DNA of 64,000 nt from contig CBDDCK010000005.1 of assembly GCA_965225855.1 (NCBI GenBank), forward strand, positions 1,088,001 to 1,152,000, given 5' to 3'. This document shows, in pieces, positions 62,471 through 64,000 of this stretch. A program made the position numbers and the translations under genes. The DNA is from Spirochaetia bacterium. GTDB lineage: Bacteria > Spirochaetota > Spirochaetia > SP-2023. Numbering within the stretch: position 1 is the stretch's first letter; every line of letters starts with the position of its first letter. The notes below the pieces were generated by a model. It did not search any database. It was not told where the DNA came from and worked only from the letters and a program-made list of their open reading frames with translations.

Positions 62471-63578
62471 CGATATGGTAAATTTTTCTCTGATCGGACT
62501 TACCCGCAAAATACGTGGATATACTCAAGGAGAGGTCGCTGAATTATCGGGTATCTCGCAAAGTAAATATTCTAAAATTGAAAAAGGCATTATTGAAGTA
62601 AACGAAGAGACTTTAATCAAACTTGCCGCTACGTTAAAATTTCCACCGAGATTCTTTTATCAAAATGCTGATATTGCCCCAGCATTAACACCGTTAGTGC
62701 CATTTCGGAAGAGGGCAAATCTCAACTTACGGGCGATTGAGGCAGCAGAAGCGGAAGGGAACTTATACCGTTTATTTCTCAATAAGCTTTTAGATAACGA
62801 TCAGCTTTTATATCAGCAAACAAGCTATCAGCAAGAGGTTGATGATGATTATTCGCCAGCTGATATTGCAAAAGAGTGTAGGAGAATTTTAGGGATAGCC
62901 AAAGGGCCTATCTACAATTTGACAGAAGTATTAGAGGATAACGGTTTTTTTATTATTGATCGTGAGCTTCCTAAAAAAATAGATGGCTTCACGCTTCTAC
63001 CTACACGAAATGTAAAAGCTAGTCATATCATTTTTCTCAATAAAGACTGCCCAGGAGATCGTATGCGCTTCAGCTTAGCACATGAGCTAGGTCATATTGT
63101 GATGCACAGAAATATTGAGGGAAATATTGAAGAAGAAGCGAATCAGTTTGCCAGTGAATTGCTCATGCCTGAAGATGAAATTATTCCGTATTTAAGAGAA
63201 ATTAAATCGTTATATGACTTTATTCCAATAAAAAAAATATGGAGAGTTAGTATTCAGGCTCTTTTGAATAGAGCTAAAGACTTAAAGATAATCTCTACAA
63301 CTCAGCATAAGTCTTTTTATGCTCGCATATCTCATTTGGGCTACCGCCAGAAAGAGCCAGCACCAATACCGATAGAAAAACCAAGTTTGCTAGTTGAGTT
63401 AAACAGAGCTTATAAATGTTTGGGATTTAGACTTTCGGAAATCCTTGATTTACTATGTATCAGTAAAGAAAATTATTTTGAATACTTTGATCCGCCTCTA
63501 CAGCCTAAGCCATTACATGAAATGCCAAAACATTTTTCTTCTCAAAGCACTAAACATTTAAAGATAGTAAAGCGGTAG
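62463..63578 (+). CDS. XRE-HTH plus ImmA/IrrE-family Zn-metallopeptidase
   Basis: TQGEVAELSGISQSKYSKIEKG HTH; RFSLAHELGH and EEEANQFASELLMP motifs. Confidence 0.92.
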   Translation: MNDDMVNFSLIGLTRKIRGYTQGEVAELSGISQSKYSKIEKGIIEVNEETLIKLAATLKFPPRFFYQNADIAPALTPLVPFRKRANLNLRAIEAAEAEGNLYRLFLNKLLDNDQLLYQQTSYQQEVDDDYSPADIAKECRRILGIAKGPIYNLTEVLEDNGFFIIDRELPKKIDGFTLLPTRNVKASHIIFLNKDCPGDRMRFSLAHELGHIVMHRNIEGNIEEEANQFASELLMPEDEIIPYLREIKSLYDFIPIKKIWRVSIQALLNRAKDLKIISTTQHKSFYARISHLGYRQKEPAPIPIEKPSLLVELNRAYKCLGFRLSEILDLLCISKENYFEYFDPPLQPKPLHEMPKHFSSQSTKHLKIVKR

Positions 63579-64000
63579 GCCAAAGCAGCGATTTAAGCGA
63601 AGATCAAACTTCCGCAAGAATAGAACGGAATTACGAAAATACGATTTATAATGATATACAAGGTTTTATTGCAAACCAAAATAATTTTAAAACTGCAGAA
63701 ACATATTTTATTGAAGGTTGGATAAAAGAAAATGAAAGAGAACTTTAAAGAAGCCATTGAGTTTTATAAAAAAGCTATCGAAACTAAGCCTAATTATCAT
63801 GAGGCTTATAATAATGTAGGGCGTTGCTATTTTGAATTAGCAGAATACGATAAAGCTATTAATTCTTATAATAAAGCGTTAGAAATTAAACCAGATAAAT
63901 ATCATACTTATATTAATATCGGTGTTGTCGACAATAAATTAGGGCAACCGCAAGAAGCTATCCATTATTATCAACAAGTTTTAGAACTTAAACCGGATTT
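63579..64000 (+). pseudogene. TPR-repeat protein fragment, 5' part missing or frameshifted, runs off the window
   Basis: From ATG 63732: EAIEFYKKAIETKPNYHEAYNNVG...AINSYNKALEIKPD... (TPR). A startless upstream frame reads ...TIYNDIQGFIANQNNFKTAETYF... Confidence 0.75.

Overview
Bacterial chromosomal window, probably from a spirochaete (inferred from the lipoprotein signal peptides, Bdr-like proteins and gene context). 1-6.7 kb is a very long CRISPR array (about 106 repeats by hand count, running off the left edge) with a Cas12a/type V-A repeat on the minus strand. It abuts a truncated cas4 and a small RNase H-fold-like ORF; no cas12a, cas1 or cas2 is present in the window. 7.7-14.7 kb holds fabF-like, fabD, GNAT, UvrD/Rep and folE-like genes. 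14.8-26 kb is a plastic region: an HU/DUF4469-like gene, then duplicated lipoprotein, metallopeptidase-lipoprotein and Bdr-like coiled-coil genes plus an AT-rich two-gene insert. This region is punctuated by eight copies of an unannotated element (hairpin plus 21-bp phased AAGGCT array). 26-57 kb is mostly housekeeping and transport (argJ, galT, galK, secA, fbaA, a frameshifted NitT/TauT-type operon, an iron-type ABC transporter, rlpA, M16 peptidase, lptF/G, mltG, nuclease, MATE). 57-64 kb looks like a defence hotspot: a fused type IIG-like R-M enzyme, 22-bp tandem repeats, a hypothetical plus XRE-ImmA pair bounded by 11-bp direct repeats, and a broken TPR gene. No rRNA or tRNA genes were recognised. 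All product calls come from motif recognition, not database searches.
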